The notes: generated from the sequence alone by a model not told the origin. Positions 29,675 through 38,882 are shown, counted from the stretch's first letter. The stretch is 64,000 nt of DNA from Candidatus Taylorbacteria bacterium RIFCSPHIGHO2_02_FULL_46_13 (GCA_001821015.1 MHRQ01000020.1:44977-108976); one strand, 5' to 3'. Translations and numbers: made by a program.

Positions 29675-30502
29675 CTATACTATATCCGCAAAGATACGTT
29701 CTGTTTTTTTAAAGACAAAAACACCGATAATGAATAGCACGATGCCAATGAGCGCTGATGTTGCCAGCGCTGTCCAGTCAAGCGAGCCTGTGCCTAAAAG
29801 GCCGATGCGCGCGTTATTGATGACTCCGGTCATGGGATTGAGATACAGTATCCATGCATATTTGCCGGCTATGGAGGTAGGGTAAATGACAGGTGTTATG
29901 AAGATGAGTAACTGCAAAAAAAATGGGAGCACGTATCGGACATCGCGATATCGCACATTAATTGATGACAGTATTAATCCAGTACCGACTGCGGGTAAAA
30001 ATGCCAACAGTAACAGTAGCGGTACGAGTAAGACTCCCACAATTGTGGGGAGGATCTGGTAGTACACCATCAGTCCTGCCATAATGAGCGCCGCGAAGGA
30101 GAAATCAACCAACTTGGTTACGGTATCCGCTAGGGGGAGGAGCAGACGCGGAAAGTAGACTTTGGTAACGATTGAAGCATTTGAAATTAGCGTGTTGGAG
30201 CTTTCTGACAGGGAGCTGGTAAAGAATTGCCAGAATAAAAGACCGCTATAGACAAACACCGGATAGGGGACGCCTTCGGAAGGAAGGTGTGCGAGTTTTC
30301 CGAAGATTACGGTAAACACCACCATGGTGATGAATGGTTGGAACACTGCCCACATGATTCCGACGACGGTTTGCTTATAGCGTACTTTAATGTCGCGCCA
30401 TGCAAAAAAGTAGAGTAGTTCTCGATACTCCCACAGCTCTGTAAGGTCAGCGGTACTGAACGATTTCTTCGGTCGGATGATTTTTGTATATACGGTGGAC
30501 AT
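29675..30502 (-). CDS. ABC-2 type polysaccharide export permease (Wzm-like)
   Basis: Six hydrophobic segments; position immediately downstream of Wzt-like ATPase. Confidence 0.75.
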   Translation of the reverse strand: MSTVYTKIIRPKKSFSTADLTELWEYRELLYFFAWRDIKVRYKQTVVGIMWAVFQPFITMVVFTVIFGKLAHLPSEGVPYPVFVYSGLLFWQFFTSSLSESSNTLISNASIVTKVYFPRLLLPLADTVTKLVDFSFAALIMAGLMVYYQILPTIVGVLLVPLLLLLAFLPAVGTGLILSSINVRYRDVRYVLPFFLQLLIFITPVIYPTSIAGKYAWILYLNPMTGVINNARIGLLGTGSLDWTALATSALIGIVLFIIGVFVFKKTERIFADIV

Positions 30503-30510
30503 GGCAGTGC

Positions 30511-31608
30511 TTATTTTTTAATCTGCGTGAGGTCATGGTGTACCATTCGTTTGACGAGTTGCTCAAATGAAATTTCTGGCTTCCAACCGAGTTCGCGGCG
30601 AGCTTTATTCGCATTTCCCCGCAGAGACCGTACTTCGTTGGGGCGAAAATATTTTAAATCAATAACCACGCGAGTCTTTTTTGTTTTAGCGTCAATGCCA
30701 CGCTCGGTGAGCCCCCTACCTTTCCAGATAAGTTTGACCTCGGCTTCTTTAAATGCGCGTTCACAGAACTCACGGACACTGTGTTTTCTGCCAGTGGCGA
30801 TGACGTAGTCTTTGGGTGTTTTCTGTTGGAGCATCAAATGCATTGCACGCACAAAGTCTTCAGCGTGCCCCCAATCACGCTCTGCATCAAGGTTGCCGAG
30901 CCGGATGTGCTCGCGTTTACCGGCAAGAATCTCCGCAATGCCGATGGTAATCTTGCGTGTGACGAAATTCTCACCCCGGCGCTCGCTTTCATGGTTGAAA
31001 AGGATCCCGTTCACGATGAACATCTCGTATGACTCTCTATAGATACGACCAATGTGGTAGGCGTATAATTTTGCCGCTCCATACGGACTGCGCGGTTGAA
31101 AAGGCGTTTCTTCATTGAGTTCCGAGACGTTTATGTCACCGGGGAACATTTCAGAGGTTGATGCTTGGTAGATCTTTGCGGGTAATTTCAAATGTCTCAC
31201 TGCTTCCAATATATTTAAAAGTCCGATCGCGTCGGCGTGTGCCGTGTAGACCGGTTTTTCAAATGAAACCTGAACGTGACTTTGTGCTGCGAGGTTGTAT
31301 ATCTCGTCGGGTCTGACTGCCGCGATAGTAGAAAGCATTGAGATGGGGTCCGTGAGATCGCCATAGTGCAATTTCAAATTGCCTGGATTAACGTAATCGT
31401 AAATATGTTCAATTCGTTGGTGGTTGAACGTAGAGGCACGGCGAACAATACCATGTACCTCGTACCCTTTTTCCAAAAGATGTTCCGCAAGATAAGATCC
31501 ATCTTGTCCCGTGATGCCGGTGATAATGGCCTTTTTTCGTTTAGCGCGGTTTCCCGTTCGCTTTGTTTTTTTGTATTTTTTTGGCATGAGTTCTCTTTCT
31601 ATAATCAC
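30511..31608 (-). CDS. gmd: GDP-mannose 4,6-dehydratase
   Basis: KAIITGITGQDGSYLAEHLLEKGYEVHGIVRRASTFNHQRIEHIY closely matches the conserved Gmd N-terminus. Lys-rich N-terminal extension suggests true start may be internal. Confidence 0.85.
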   Translation of the reverse strand: MIIERELMPKKYKKTKRTGNRAKRKKAIITGITGQDGSYLAEHLLEKGYEVHGIVRRASTFNHQRIEHIYDYVNPGNLKLHYGDLTDPISMLSTIAAVRPDEIYNLAAQSHVQVSFEKPVYTAHADAIGLLNILEAVRHLKLPAKIYQASTSEMFPGDINVSELNEETPFQPRSPYGAAKLYAYHIGRIYRESYEMFIVNGILFNHESERRGENFVTRKITIGIAEILAGKREHIRLGNLDAERDWGHAEDFVRAMHLMLQQKTPKDYVIATGRKHSVREFCERAFKEAEVKLIWKGRGLTERGIDAKTKKTRVVIDLKYFRPNEVRSLRGNANKARRELGWKPEISFEQLVKRMVHHDLTQIKK

Positions 31609-31621
31609 TATAAGGTGATAA

Positions 31622-31870
31622 CTACCACTTGTTGATTTTACGTACCACTTTTCGTTTCAGATTCAAGTATGATCGGGTTGCTCTCTGTTCAAGCTCAGGA
31701 GAGAGGACATGCAAAAGCTCACGCCCGAGGATTCGGTATTGACCACCGACCTTATTGGCGCGTATCATCCCGTTTTTAAGAAGTCGCTTCATAGTGCTCT
31801 TGCTCACTTTGAGAAGCTTCTGGGTTTCTGCGGTTGTATAGACCACTCCTGGCCTTATCTCTTCGTTCAT
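31622..31870 (-). CDS. Small excisionase-type (HTH_17-like) DNA-binding protein
   Basis: YTTAETQKLLKVSKSTMKRLLKNGMIRANKVGGQYRILGREL. 82 aa. Confidence 0.6.
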   Translation of the reverse strand: MNEEIRPGVVYTTAETQKLLKVSKSTMKRLLKNGMIRANKVGGQYRILGRELLHVLSPELEQRATRSYLNLKRKVVRKINKW

Positions 31871-31876
31871 AACCCT

Positions 31877-31905
31877 AGTATAGGGCAGGTGTCAAAAGGT
31901 GTCAA
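31877..31905 (-). promoter_or_regulatory. Sigma70-like promoter (TTGACA-N17-TATACT, minus strand) with duplicated TTGACACC box, 6 nt upstream of the HTH gene start codon (leaderless-type transcript)
   Basis: Minus strand reads CCTAC TTGACA CCTTTTGACACCTGCCC TATACT AGGGTT ATG. Plus strand shows GGTGTCAA at 31888..31895 and 31898..31905. Confidence 0.45.
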
Positions 31906-32058
31906 GTAGGTTCACATCTATAGAGACACATGATTAAGTATCAGTCAATTATTTTTTTCGTGTTTTCTTTATTGGGTGTGGTAGGGTGTATTCGGACAAA
32001 CAGTTTCCCACGCGGATGCGTGACTTTAAACTGTGTTTGAACTTTAACAAGGAGTGTT

Positions 32059-33054
32059 ATGTTGAATAAAATTATACCTTTCAAGCGCGTGCTGATCACG
32101 GGCATCTCTGGGTCTGGCGGCAGTTATCTCGCCGAGTACATAGTCCAGAATCATCCGGAGGTTGAAATTCACGGATTGTCACGCTGGCACAGCACGACAA
32201 ACCATGACAATCTGCATGCGGTACGTGATCGTGTAGTCATACACGAATGTGATTTGCTGGACTCTTTATCCATCTTAGCTGCGCTTGAGAAGAGCCAGCC
32301 TGACGCCATTTTTCATTTGGCCTCGCACGCCAATGTTCGTGCCTCGTTTCAGACACCGGTGGCTGTCTTGGAAAATAATATTCTCGGTACCGTCAACCTA
32401 TTTGAGGCAGTTCGTTCCGTCGGTGTCCTGCCGCGGTTCTTGCTGTGTAGCAGTTCGGAAGTGTACGGCCAGGTAAGCCGGGAGAATGGACCGATTAACG
32501 AGGATACGCGTATACGCCCCGTGAGTCCCTATGCCGTTTCAAAAGCGACACAGGACATGTTGGGATACTACTACTTCGTTGCCTACAAGATTCCCGTTAT
32601 CATCACTCGCATGTATGCATATCTGAATATGCTACGTGCCGACCTATTTGCTACCGCTTTTGCGCGACAGATTGCCCGCATAGAGCTTGGTTTGCAAAAG
32701 GAGCTTGTGCATGGGAATCTTGACTCCATTCGGACCATCATTGACGTGCGCGATGCGATGCGCGCATACTGGGAAGCACTACTTCACTGTGAGCCTGGCG
32801 AGGCTTACAACATCGGAGGCGATACGGTGAAATCAGTGCGCGAAGTGTTGAATGACCTGGTATCGTTAGCTAAGGTTCCTATACCGATGCGTGAGGAACA
32901 AACGCTTCTGCGTCCGGCTGACGTTACTAATCAAATCCCGAACACAAAGAAATTTCGGGACGCGACGGGCTGGAAGCCGCACTACTCTTTCCAAGAGAGT
33001 CTCACGGACTTGCTCGCGCACGTTCGTACTGAAGTTGCAAAGGAAGAACGGTAG
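32059..33054 (+). CDS. Gmd-paralogous NAD(P)-dependent reductase/dehydratase, Rmd-like (possible GDP-4-keto-6-deoxy-D-mannose reductase)
   Basis: RVLITGISGSGGSYLAEYIV..., PVSPYAVSKATQDML (YxxxK), FARQIARIELGLQKELVHGNLDSIRTIIDVRD. Architecture resembles Rmd rather than Fcl; from memory. Confidence 0.5.
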   Translation: MLNKIIPFKRVLITGISGSGGSYLAEYIVQNHPEVEIHGLSRWHSTTNHDNLHAVRDRVVIHECDLLDSLSILAALEKSQPDAIFHLASHANVRASFQTPVAVLENNILGTVNLFEAVRSVGVLPRFLLCSSSEVYGQVSRENGPINEDTRIRPVSPYAVSKATQDMLGYYYFVAYKIPVIITRMYAYLNMLRADLFATAFARQIARIELGLQKELVHGNLDSIRTIIDVRDAMRAYWEALLHCEPGEAYNIGGDTVKSVREVLNDLVSLAKVPIPMREEQTLLRPADVTNQIPNTKKFRDATGWKPHYSFQESLTDLLAHVRTEVAKEER

Positions 33055-33060
33055 ATTGAA

Positions 33061-33088
33061 GGGTGGACACCAAGTCCACCCTTTTTTA
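33061..33088 (+). terminator. Rho-independent terminator (GGGTGGAC-ACCAA-GTCCACCC + T6)
   Basis: Perfect 8-bp GC-rich stem followed by TTTTTT directly after stop of 32059..33054. Confidence 0.65.
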
Positions 33089-33174
33089 ATGCGTGCGACA
33101 TGGTGATGGAGAGTTTAGAAACAAACTCCCTCTTGTCCTACCCCGCACCTCTGGCGCGGGTCAAGACGAGTACT

Positions 33175-33696
33175 TTACGGGTCCAAGACTCCGCCCTGCG
33201 GTTTAATACTCTTTATTTTTTCAATAATCTTTGTGGTTGAAATTGCTTCAAACTCCGGTGGGCAAGCTCGCTCAAGTATAACGAGCTTTGTTGGAGAACT
33301 TTTCAGCAGTTCACGTCGCTTCGGTATATCAAATGCGTCGGTAGTGATGACGTAGTAATCTGGCTTAAGCGTGCTGAACACTGAATTGAGTCCACTTAAA
33401 AGGTCCGTACTGAGAAGATTTTGATCAAGAAGAGCGTACGTCACTGATTTTATAGAGGAAACCATCTTAAGCCGTATATGTTGGTTTAAAACAGGGCGTT
33501 CCGCTCCTTTATATATGCGCAAAATGGAATCATTTCCGACCATTACGACAAGAATATCGCCGTATTTTTTACAATCTTCAAAGAAAAGAACATGGCCGGC
33601 ATGTGTCAGGTCAAAGCTACCAGAGCAAAATACAATCTTCTCATCCTTATGTTTCTCTCTGATAGAAGAGAGCTCTTTACCATCAATGATACTCAT
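33175..33696 (-). CDS. Cytidylyltransferase-like nucleotidyltransferase (HxGH family; glycerol-3-P cytidylyltransferase/RfaE-domain-II-like)
   Basis: KIVFCSGSFDLTHAGHVLFFEDCKKYGDILVVMVGND. Start set to internal Met MSIIDG; track ORF to 33777. Confidence 0.6.
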   Translation of the reverse strand: MSIIDGKELSSIREKHKDEKIVFCSGSFDLTHAGHVLFFEDCKKYGDILVVMVGNDSILRIYKGAERPVLNQHIRLKMVSSIKSVTYALLDQNLLSTDLLSGLNSVFSTLKPDYYVITTDAFDIPKRRELLKSSPTKLVILERACPPEFEAISTTKIIEKIKSIKPQGGVLDP

Positions 33697-33933
33697 GATA
33701 GGTATGTAGTATAGGACAGGCGGGCCTTCTTTAAAAGAGTGTGTGAAAATAATTGCAGGTATGCTTTTGTATAACACGACCGCGCGAGAAAGTCTTCTCT
33801 GTCTGTAGTGCGCAGGGATTTGACTGTGGGTTGCAAGAAATGGTAGGTTGACTCCAGATTTGCATGTTGTTGTGCAACATTAGATTGATGGTTCAACTAA
33901 CACACCAACGATAACTACCCAACAAAAAGGTGG

Positions 33934-34491
33934 ATGATGAAAATCCGAAAAGCACACGAGGTGAAAACTATTCTGGAGAGAAGGGACCAGAAGGTTTTTG
34001 AACAGTTGTTTACGCTTGAAGATGGTAGCTCGTATAACCCTCTTATGTATGGCGTTACGTTAGAGAACTATCCTGTTCTCATTATGCCTGTTACGAAAGA
34101 TAAACAGGTAATCGTGCTCAAGCAGTTTCGGTATGCAGCAGAAAAGGTGATACTGGAATTTCCAGGAGGGTGGCCAAAATCAGGAGAAACACCCCAGCAA
34201 GCTCTTCGCTCCGAGCTCGTTGAAGAGTCGGGGTATAAAGCGGGAAGGGTGATCCAGTTAACCAAAAAGCTTTGGTTTGAACCCGCGCACACTCGAGTGT
34301 TCTATGTTCCATTTCTTGCGTTGGACTGCGTGTTAGAAAGAAATCCGAAACCTGACCGATTGGAACACATTGAGGTGCTCAAGATTCCCCTTGATACGTG
34401 GATTGCCATGATTCAGAACGGGGAAGTTGAAGACGACAAGAGCATCGCCATCACCTTTCTGGCACTGACGCATTTGAAAGGTGCGGTCTAA
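33934..34491 (+). CDS. NUDIX hydrolase (position next to gmd/rmd-like genes suggests a GDP-sugar hydrolase such as GDP-mannose mannosyl hydrolase)
   Basis: Nudix box GGWPKSGETPQQALRSELVEESGY. Confidence 0.65.
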   Translation: MMKIRKAHEVKTILERRDQKVFEQLFTLEDGSSYNPLMYGVTLENYPVLIMPVTKDKQVIVLKQFRYAAEKVILEFPGGWPKSGETPQQALRSELVEESGYKAGRVIQLTKKLWFEPAHTRVFYVPFLALDCVLERNPKPDRLEHIEVLKIPLDTWIAMIQNGEVEDDKSIAITFLALTHLKGAV

Positions 34492-34496
34492 AGTTA

Positions 34497-34533
34497 AATC
34501 TTGCAGCGAAACAAAGCTGCAAGATTTTTTATT
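34497..34533 (+). terminator. Rho-independent terminator (AAATCTTGCAGC-GAAACAA-GCTGCAAGATTT + TTTATT)
   Basis: 12-bp perfect stem immediately after the NUDIX gene stop. Confidence 0.6.
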
Positions 34534-34839
34534 GCCGAGGAGAACAGCAACAAAAGGTTGAGGAGCGAATGCGTAGCGCTCCGAAAGACATGGTGATGTA
34601 GTTTTGAATCTTTGACGAAAAAACTAGCCACAAGGTGTAGTGAGCCTGTACGGTTTAATATTCTTTATTTCTTTCCAATACTTACGTGTAGATTTGTACG
34701 CCATTCATCAGCATGGTATAGTCGCACCAGATTCACTAATGCTAATGACTTGTTCATATGGTTTTGCGTGCGCAGATGCGACATGTAAACGGGAATGAAT
34801 CCTATATGAAAGCACATTGACACTCAAAGAAAGGTTAGT

Positions 34840-36381
34840 ATGCAGCCTAGAAAACTTGACGTATTGTTCGTTAATCCTGACTCATCTTTCAAGGCGTATC
34901 AGGCATTAAGCAAAGATTTTTCGGCAATAGAGCCGCCCACGTGGGCGTTACTGTTAGCCCAGAGTTGTCGGGCCAAAGGTTTTGGTGTCGGTATTTTGGA
35001 CTGTGGTGCCGAACGACTGGGCATTAATGATTCAATTGAACGCATTATTGGCGCAGACCCACGATTAGTCTGTTTTGTGGTGTACGGTCAAAACCCGAAT
35101 TCTGGCACTACAAATATGGCCGGTGCGCACGATTTGTGTGCACAGCTAAAGGAACAGTATCCTCAATATGTCACCTGCTTCGTAGGTTCTCACACCAGTG
35201 CCTTGCCTAAAGAAGTGCTGGCGTGGGATTGCGTAGATTTCGTTCTCTTGAATGAAGGTGTCTATGCACTTCATAACGTGCTCCAAACAGATCTGAAAGA
35301 ACATATTGAGCAGGTTAAGGGCATCGGCTACAAAAAGCAGGGTGTCTTGATCTTGAATCCCCCCGAGCGTGTCGTGCCGCAAGATCGGATGGACGTAGAC
35401 CTGCCGGGGTATGCGTGGGATCTTCTTCCGTATCGTGAAAAACCTCTTGACTTGTATCGGTCGCATTTCTGGCATGCGGAGTTCAATCATGAACTTCGTA
35501 CTCCATTCGTTGCACTCTACACGGGACTTGGGTGCAAGTTCAAATGTGACTTCTGCATGGTTAACATTGTCAACCGTGTTGATAATACTGACGGAGTTGT
35601 CGCTTCTCACTCACCGACCGTGCGCTTCTGGTCGCCAGAGTTTATGATTGGAGAATTTGAGAAACTTGCTGAACTGGGGGTCAAGACGGTCAGGATTTCA
35701 GACGAAATGTTTTTCCTTAATCGGAAATTCTTTGAACCGTTGTTGAATCTGGTTGTGGAACGCGGTTTCAAATTCCGCATGTGGGCGTACTCTCGCATAG
35801 ATACTGTTCAACCACAGCATTTAGATCTGTTTAAACGCGCGGGTATTAATTGGCTCGCACTTGGAATTGAGGCTGCCAATCTGGTCATCCGACAAGAAGT
35901 CTCCAAGGGTTCTTTCAAGGATATGAGCATCCGCAAAGTAGTAAGCGAGATTGGTCGGCATGACATGAATATAATTGCCAATTATATTTTCGGTCTTCCT
36001 GACGACAGTCTTAAAACGATGCAAGAAACACTGGACTTATCCTTGGAGTTGAATACTGAAACCGCAAACATGTTTCCTTGTCAGGGCTTGCCTGGTAGCG
36101 CGCTGTACTACCTCGCGAAAAGCAACGGGTGGGCCTTGCCGGATTCTTATGCCGGGTATGCATTTCTTTCTTATGAGAGCCAACCGTTGCCTACGAAATA
36201 TTGTACGGCGGCAGAAGTGCTCCGTTTTCGGGATGATGCGTGGAAAAAATACTTCTCTAATCCTGCGTATCTCAGCCTTGTGGAACGCAAATTCGGTGCC
36301 AACCAACGACGCAACGTTGAGGCTATGTCAAAAATCAAGCTTCGTCGCAAGCTTCTCGGTGATCCGCCTCCAGGGCCGTAG
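34840..36381 (+). CDS. B12-binding (class B) radical SAM enzyme, probable methyltransferase
   Basis: N-terminal cobalamin-binding-like region (LDVLFVNPDS...VGILDCG) and radical SAM cluster motif GCKFKCDFC (Cx3Cx2C). Confidence 0.7.
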   Translation: MQPRKLDVLFVNPDSSFKAYQALSKDFSAIEPPTWALLLAQSCRAKGFGVGILDCGAERLGINDSIERIIGADPRLVCFVVYGQNPNSGTTNMAGAHDLCAQLKEQYPQYVTCFVGSHTSALPKEVLAWDCVDFVLLNEGVYALHNVLQTDLKEHIEQVKGIGYKKQGVLILNPPERVVPQDRMDVDLPGYAWDLLPYREKPLDLYRSHFWHAEFNHELRTPFVALYTGLGCKFKCDFCMVNIVNRVDNTDGVVASHSPTVRFWSPEFMIGEFEKLAELGVKTVRISDEMFFLNRKFFEPLLNLVVERGFKFRMWAYSRIDTVQPQHLDLFKRAGINWLALGIEAANLVIRQEVSKGSFKDMSIRKVVSEIGRHDMNIIANYIFGLPDDSLKTMQETLDLSLELNTETANMFPCQGLPGSALYYLAKSNGWALPDSYAGYAFLSYESQPLPTKYCTAAEVLRFRDDAWKKYFSNPAYLSLVERKFGANQRRNVEAMSKIKLRRKLLGDPPPGP

Positions 36382-36398
36382 GCCGAGATATATGTTCT

Positions 36399-36488
36399 TT
36401 ATTGCCTAGCGAGCGAGGGGGAGAGAAAAAGTATCTTCTTTTTCTCTCCCGAGCGAGCGACGGCAACAAAGGGTTTACTACCCTTTAT
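36399..36488. repeat. Hairpin repeat family, copy C (short form)
   Basis: TTATTGCCTAGCGAGCGAGGGGGAGAGAAAAAGTATCTTCTTTTTCTCTCCCGAGCGAGCGACGGCAACAAAGGGTTTACTACCCTTTAT. Confidence 0.85.
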
Positions 36489-36584
36489 GCACTATTCAAT
36501 GAGCCGCGTGATCCACATCGCGCGGCTTTTTTGTGTTCGTATAACCCGGTGTTCCTTGCTTACTAGATATGTTTTGGTATAGTA

Positions 36585-38849
36585 TTGCCTACATTCATGA
36601 CGGTCAATAAATATCTCAAGTATTTTATCATCGCGGGACTCCTGCTGTCTCTTTTCATTCCTTTTATTGTAACCACACATTCTTTCTTCCCGTTCATCAC
36701 GGGAAAAAATTTTGCATTCCGTATTATCACGGAAATTATTTTCGGTGTCTGGATCATCCTTGCTTTGTGTGACAGCACCTACCGCCCGAAGTTCTCGTGG
36801 CTCGCCGTATCAGTTGGGATGTTTGTTCTCGTAATCGGCATCGCTGACATTTTTAGCGCGAATCCATACAAGAGCTTTTGGTCAAACTTTGAGCGCATGG
36901 AGGGATACATCACGATTTTGCATTTGGCCGCCTATTTCCTTGTCGCGTCTTGCGTGCTGAACACTGAAAAGCTTTGGACATTCTTTTTGCAGACGAGTGT
37001 AGGGGCGAGCATCATTATGAGCGTGTACGGCATGTTGCAACTGGCTGGAAAGCTTACGATCAATCAAGGCGGTGTGCGTCTTGACGGTACACTCGGAAAC
37101 GCTTCCTACCTCGCGGTCTACATGATGTTGAATTTGTTCATCGTGCTCTTTTTGCTTGTGCGGCAGAGAAAAATCGTACTGTGGCGATGGGTGTACGGCG
37201 TGGCGATAGTTTCCCAGCTTTATATTCTTTACCACACCGCAACGCGAGGCGCGATATTGGGGTCGCTAGGAGGGGTGCTGATTGCTGGAATATTACTGAC
37301 GTTGTTTTCCCATATCAAAACACACCGCCGAATTGGGATGGTGGCACTGGGAGTTGTGGTGCTTTTGTTCGCGCTTGGCGCGACGCTGAAGAATACTGAT
37401 TTTGTGAAGAATCAACCTTCGTTGGTAAGGCTCACCGATATTTCAACCAGTGAAGCAAAGTCGCGTTTTCTAGTGTGGGGCATGGCGTGGGAAGGATTTA
37501 AAGAAAGCCCCAAAACCATGGTTATCGGCTGGGGGCAGGAGAGTTTTAACTATGTGTTCAACAAATATTACAACCCGGCCATGTATGCGCAGGAGCAGTG
37601 GTTTGACCGCACGCACGACATTTTCTTTGATTGGTTGGTTGCGGGCGGGGCACTCGGTCTGTTGGGATATCTTTCCATACTTTTCTTCGCGCTTTATTAT
37701 ATTTGGAAGCAGGGTGAGCTTGATTTTTCGCTGAAACACTGGTTTCGGCGATGGGTTCAATTTTCTAAGGGTCAGGAAATCCCGCATCTTTTGGAGAAGG
37801 TGGTGCTGACGGGCCTCTTGTTTGCGTACGTGTTTCAAAACATTTTCGTTTTTGACAATATCACGAGCTACCTTCTGTTTTTTGCGCTTCTCGCGTACCT
37901 TCATTCCATTTCCGGCCAGCCCATCAAGAAGCTTTCTAAAGACCATTTTCAAATTGAGCAGCGTACGGTCAATAGCATGCTGGTGCCGCTCGTCGTAGTC
38001 GCTACTATTTTTGTCGTTTATATCGCGAATGTAACGCCGATACGCGCGTCCACGAGTCTCATTGACGCGCTCCGCCCGCAACAAGCGGGTCCGGCAACGA
38101 ATCTAGATTATTTTAAAAAGACCCTTGCACTCAATTCATTGGGGAACCCCGAGGTTCGCGAACAACTCGCGCAGGCCACCATTCAAGTCATCTCTGGGCA
38201 GTCGGTGGACCTCACGCTTAAACAGCAGTTCTACGATCTGACGCGAAGTGAATTGTTGAAGCAAGTTGATAAAACGCCGAATGATGCGCGCTATTATCTT
38301 TTTCTTGGATCATTTCTCAACCGTGTGCACAATTATGATGAAGCGCTCACCGCGCTTACGAAAGCCTTTGAGCTTTCTCCAAAGAAACAGACGATTATGT
38401 TTGAGCTCGGTTCAACATACATCAATAAAGGCGACAACGCCAAGGCGCTTGCCCTCATGAAAGCTGCGTTTGATCTTGATCAAAGTTTTGCCGAAGCACG
38501 AATTATTTATGCGGTTGCTTTGGTGTATGCGAAAGATTTCGCGACTGCCGAGGAGCTGATGCAACCTCTCGCCGGGACTGCGCGGGAATATGATGATCGG
38601 CTGGTAAACGCGTATTCAGCCACAGGACGCCTCAGCACGGTCGTTGATCTTTTAGGCAAGCGGGTTGAACACAACCCAAAAGACTCGCAAGCACGATTTA
38701 GTCTTGCGGCGGCATATTTGGCGTCAGGTGCGCGAGCGAAAGCGGTTGGGGTATTGCGAACAGTGGTTAAAGATTTTTCAGATCAAAAAGATAAAGTAGA
38801 TCAGGCCAATTATTACATTCAGGAAATTCAGGCGGGGAGAAACCCCTAA
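36585..38849 (+). CDS. Polytopic membrane protein with O-antigen ligase/polymerase (Wzy_C-like) domain fused to C-terminal TPR repeats
   Basis: About 10 hydrophobic helices; TATRGAILGSLGG and THDIFFDWLVAGGALG motifs (Wzy_C-like); C-terminal 250 aa with TPR-like A/L/Y periodicity. Confidence 0.55.
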   Translation: MPTFMTVNKYLKYFIIAGLLLSLFIPFIVTTHSFFPFITGKNFAFRIITEIIFGVWIILALCDSTYRPKFSWLAVSVGMFVLVIGIADIFSANPYKSFWSNFERMEGYITILHLAAYFLVASCVLNTEKLWTFFLQTSVGASIIMSVYGMLQLAGKLTINQGGVRLDGTLGNASYLAVYMMLNLFIVLFLLVRQRKIVLWRWVYGVAIVSQLYILYHTATRGAILGSLGGVLIAGILLTLFSHIKTHRRIGMVALGVVVLLFALGATLKNTDFVKNQPSLVRLTDISTSEAKSRFLVWGMAWEGFKESPKTMVIGWGQESFNYVFNKYYNPAMYAQEQWFDRTHDIFFDWLVAGGALGLLGYLSILFFALYYIWKQGELDFSLKHWFRRWVQFSKGQEIPHLLEKVVLTGLLFAYVFQNIFVFDNITSYLLFFALLAYLHSISGQPIKKLSKDHFQIEQRTVNSMLVPLVVVATIFVVYIANVTPIRASTSLIDALRPQQAGPATNLDYFKKTLALNSLGNPEVREQLAQATIQVISGQSVDLTLKQQFYDLTRSELLKQVDKTPNDARYYLFLGSFLNRVHNYDEALTALTKAFELSPKKQTIMFELGSTYINKGDNAKALALMKAAFDLDQSFAEARIIYAVALVYAKDFATAEELMQPLAGTAREYDDRLVNAYSATGRLSTVVDLLGKRVEHNPKDSQARFSLAAAYLASGARAKAVGVLRTVVKDFSDQKDKVDQANYYIQEIQAGRNP

Positions 38850-38882
38850 AAAGCCTAGCGCTTATAGCTTAGGGCTTTGAAA

